NCBI RefSeq assembly: GCF_022539665.2
Contig: NC_081331.1
Span: 310,001-374,000, forward strand
Direction: 5' to 3'
DNA: 64,000 bases
Source of the DNA: Daphnia carinata
Lineage: Eukaryota
Every line of letters starts with the position of its first letter. The first letter of the stretch is position 1. The position numbers were made by a program, and so were the translations under genes. Below are positions 61,501 through 64,000 of the stretch, one piece after another. The notes beneath the pieces were generated by a model, which was given only the letters and a program-made list of their open reading frames with translations, was not told the origin of the DNA and ran no database searches.

Positions 61501-63456
61501 GTTTCAACGTGACTCCCTCCATCGTATTGAGAGACCTTCCGCTGAATCCTATTTACGTGGTTGATGTTTTGATTTCACCAGCCGGTGAACCGGCCATCTT
61601 CCGTTATGGATACGGTCGAACGTACGATAACCGCAACTGCGTAGCCATCCTTATCCATCCACCAGAACATTATGCGATTCATACGACCTCTAGGAAAAGA
61701 CTGGTGGGCGTTCAGGCTATGAGGCATCGTCATTTGGTACTAATGGGTTTTCAACCGGTCCACTTTGACTGGCAGGAGCTCGTTTCGTTGGAGGCCAAAA
61801 AAGAAATGCTTCAATTGTATCTTGATAGTCGCGTCGCTTCTTTATTAAATGACTGTACGCGCTCGTAATCGTAGGTTAACAGTTATTTGCTGTCCGCGTG
61901 ATATTTTCTGAAATACATTTCTCTGCCTCTGTAAACGAACGAGTAACTGCTATTCTAGAGTTGCTTTGTATCATTAGCCGCGTGATCAAGACACCTATGG
62001 AGCTGGACGTTTTGCGCTATGCTAATAAGATTTCTTCTGCCGCCCACGTTGCCGTGATGAAGGCTATACGTCCAGGCAAGTGTCAAAGTTATTGGACTGT
62101 GTGATAACACATTTGAACTCTCAGTTAATTTTCTTTTTTAGGAATGAAGGAGTATCAGTGCGAATCCGTTTTCCTTCATCACGCCTATTTTCAGTATATC
62201 TATTTTGAAATTAATCACAATAATGCAAAATAATGTTCAAATAACCATGGAATTGCAACCCGTACAGTGGTGGATGCCGGCATGTCTCGTATACCTGCAT
62301 ATGCGGATCCGGGGAAAATGGAAGTATACTTCACTACGGCCATGCCGGAGCCCCAAACGACAAGGCCATTCACGATGGCGACATGTGGTAATTATAATTG
62401 CAGGTCGGAGTGAATATTTCATCTGGCCCTGCTTGGTTTTTTGTTTGTAAGCATTTAGCCTCTCCTCAACGAGTTAAATACTTCGCCGTTATAAAGGTTT
62501 TTTGTAAAAAAAAAAAACCTAAACTTTTTCCTGTTCTCTTAAAAAGAGTCTTTTTCAAGTTGAAGTGTGCTAATATAATTTTTATTTTGTTAAAGCCTGT
62601 TTGATATGGGAGCCGAGTACTACTGTTTTGCTTCTGATATCACCTGCTCATTTCCGGCCAATGGGAAATTTACGAAACGCCAAAAAGGAATTTACAATGC
62701 CGTACTGGAAGCGAGTCGGGCTGTAATTGCTGGTATTAAACCGGGTAAGCGCTCAACTAACATTTGTTTATCCAACATGGTAATTTTTGTAAACCAACTT
62801 AGGTGTCAGCTGGATTGATATGCATTTGCTGGCCAATAGAGTGATGTTGGTGAATTTGAAGGAGCACGGGCTCTTGCAAGGAGATGTCGATGACATGATG
62901 AAGGTACTAACAAAACATAAATGTAAATTTTCAAAAACCAATTGCATATATAAAAGATCTAAGGCAACTAATCCACTCTTTTGCTTATTCAAGGCAAACT
63001 TGGCGGCTACATTTCAACCTCACGGTCTCGGGCATTTTATGGGTCTCGACGTTCATGATGTTGGTGGATATCTGGAGGGCCATCCTGCTCGCCCAGAGAA
63101 AGCTGGCTTAAAAAGTTTACGAACTGCACGGGTTCTTCAGCCAGGAATGGTACTGACTGTTGAACCTGGATGTTATTTCATCGACAAATTGCTGGATCAA
63201 GCATTAGAAGATCCAGAGCTTTCAAAGTTCTTGATTAGAGATGCTATAAACGAACATAGAGGATTTGGTGGAGTTCGCATTGAGGACGATATCGTCGTAA
63301 CCGAAACGGGAGTCGAAGTAATGACTGAAGTCCCAAGAAGGTACATGCTGAATAAATTATTCTTACAGCTGACGGTTAATCTTCAAACATTTTCATCTTT
63401 TTTTGTTTATTTTTTTTTATAGCGTTGAAGAGATCGAGGCTGTGATGTCTGCCTAA
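58597..63456 (+). CDS. PEPD: Xaa-Pro dipeptidase (prolidase, peptidase M24B)
   Basis: [26 protein letters not shown] (ATG 58879; upstream in-frame ATG 58597), [112 protein letters not shown]. About 12 exons; stop at 63454-63456. Confidence 0.96.
59901..61868 (+). CDS. FASTKD3: FAST kinase domain-containing mitochondrial RNA-binding protein (FASTKD3-like), intronless, nested in a PEPD intron
   Basis: 655-aa uninterrupted ORF with a basic/hydroxylated N-terminal presequence-like segment and a Leu-rich helical body. It has FAST-like [18 protein letters not shown] and LDAAMSFEC motifs and a C-terminal RAP-like [22 protein letters not shown]. The paralog assignment (FASTKD3) is less certain than the family. 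Confidence 0.8.
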   Translation: MALVLQNYTRWFMSTIKLASRVSRTGKTKRWCSHDSTPPSPQFGHSVILLQDGLNIEELPIAVRRANNQFLQMRLKSNFDVQNNSTSTRIISSDSIFKNCQNPEAVFSKLDEFNIDEVSALLAYHALAKLAELGMNIEYRNQGAELDKSFTIDSVLLQLGNIICKSGTTDHLIGCMKLILLPSFPGRIGSLRKLLAEQCLNRVLDNMCNIVQVCQVVEIFSAMSQQSWADKCWVGLMGRKIDEADIVRVFQILPLLKESQRAVFNHLERLLVAEANLLEERSVLQILAIVNELRLPHRRLCLRMSKWMRLNLHTMTEDGITKMLVLYRQMDYSDPHLVQAMERFFKSRTSGVQEELIVAASDYFRHFQLCPTVVLNVVANSFSRLGHKKLSVNTVEAVLTAFGVLDFHPENDYAFWSAVEEVIDKRLIEFRPESLLDVFLSCIYLQRYPLNFVPRLFSSHFIHRLHSQTQDELIESCRSKMKLLDAAMSFECGQYGTSHVLPKDYHAKAMLRDGRISRASNLLVTPLQQICEHRFNVTPSIVLRDLPLNPIYVVDVLISPAGEPAIFRYGYGRTYDNRNCVAILIHPPEHYAIHTTSRKRLVGVQAMRHRHLVLMGFQPVHFDWQELVSLEAKKEMLQLYLDSRVASLLNDCTRS

Positions 63457-63635
63457 TTCAGTTTCATGTATTTTACTTTTAATTACTTTAAGCAAAGAAT
63501 AATTCTTACTTCATTATTTTTCAACAACTCGTGTCATTAGTATTGTTTTTTGCGGTTATTAAACAGTTTCATCAATACGATTATGGGGTAAATAAAACAC
63601 TAAACAAGCGCTAGTGATTGATTTTTTTATTGGTT

Positions 63636-64000
63636 CTACTTTACAGAACTGAGAAAACTTTGCAAAGAGCTTTTTGTAGAAGAACCTTTGGTGAGCGTTT
63701 TTGATAGGTTCTTTAATTGGCTCCGCGAAAATTGCTGTTTTGTTGAGGCTTTCGTGACTTTACAGGCTTTAACAGCGTTTTTACTAACTTGCTGTTTGTC
63801 ATGTTTTTTGCCAGGGTTAACATGTTGTACAGGAGGCTTATCTTTTTTACAATTTTTGTTTTTCACATGTGCTATTTGAGATGTAGTCTCTTTGACTGGT
63901 TTTGGTTCTCTTGGAGCAAGAGGTGTTGGGAAAGCTGTCGGCTTGAAGCAGCAATTACATCTAATAATCAAATTTGACTTGCGTTCTAAAAAACGGTCAA
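63636..64000 (-). CDS. C18orf21/UPF0711 (RMP24, Rpp21/Rpr2-like RNase MRP subunit) homolog, 3' part; gene starts beyond the window
   Basis: The frame is open to the window edge. DRFLERKSNLIIRCNCC resembles the human C18orf21 KSVLLITCKTC zinc-ligand motif, and it is followed by a Lys/Ser-rich linker and C-terminal FSRSQLK...LQSFLSSVK (cf. FSQLK...FRNFLSSLK). Confidence 0.65.
   Translation of the reverse strand, partial: DRFLERKSNLIIRCNCCFKPTAFPTPLAPREPKPVKETTSQIAHVKNKNCKKDKPPVQHVNPGKKHDKQQVSKNAVKACKVTKASTKQQFSRSQLKNLSKTLTKGSSTKSSLQSFLSSVK

Overview
This is eukaryotic genomic DNA from an arthropod, probably a cladoceran crustacean such as Daphnia. That assignment is an inference from the ~60-70 nt introns, the dense gene packing and the presence of a true aquaglyceroporin. 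The left block (1-18.5 kb) holds six spliced genes: the 5' part of an ASPH/junctate-like gene (-), NKAIN (+), Fps/Fer tyrosine kinase (+), an aquaglyceroporin (+), PHF14 (-) and TFIIE-beta (+). Two divergent tRNA-like Pol III A/B-box cassettes follow at ~18.8-19.0 kb. The middle ~39 kb is gene-poor and contains only FoxC (+) and FoxF/biniou (-), arranged convergently ~24 kb apart, a remnant of the ancient FoxQ1-FoxF-FoxC-FoxL1 cluster. The right block holds prolidase (PEPD, +) and the 3' part of a C18orf21/RMP24-like gene (-). The most unusual structure is an intronless, same-strand FASTKD3-like gene that fills almost all of one PEPD intron, while PEPD itself has an in-frame 94-aa upstream extension resembling a mitochondrial presequence. 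Also noted: four GC-AG introns, an apparently missing PHD3 in PHF14, a one-residue insertion in the FoxC forkhead domain, and a Tinman/NK-site cluster upstream of FoxF. Exon boundaries were read by eye and protein identities come from recalled family motifs, not database searches.
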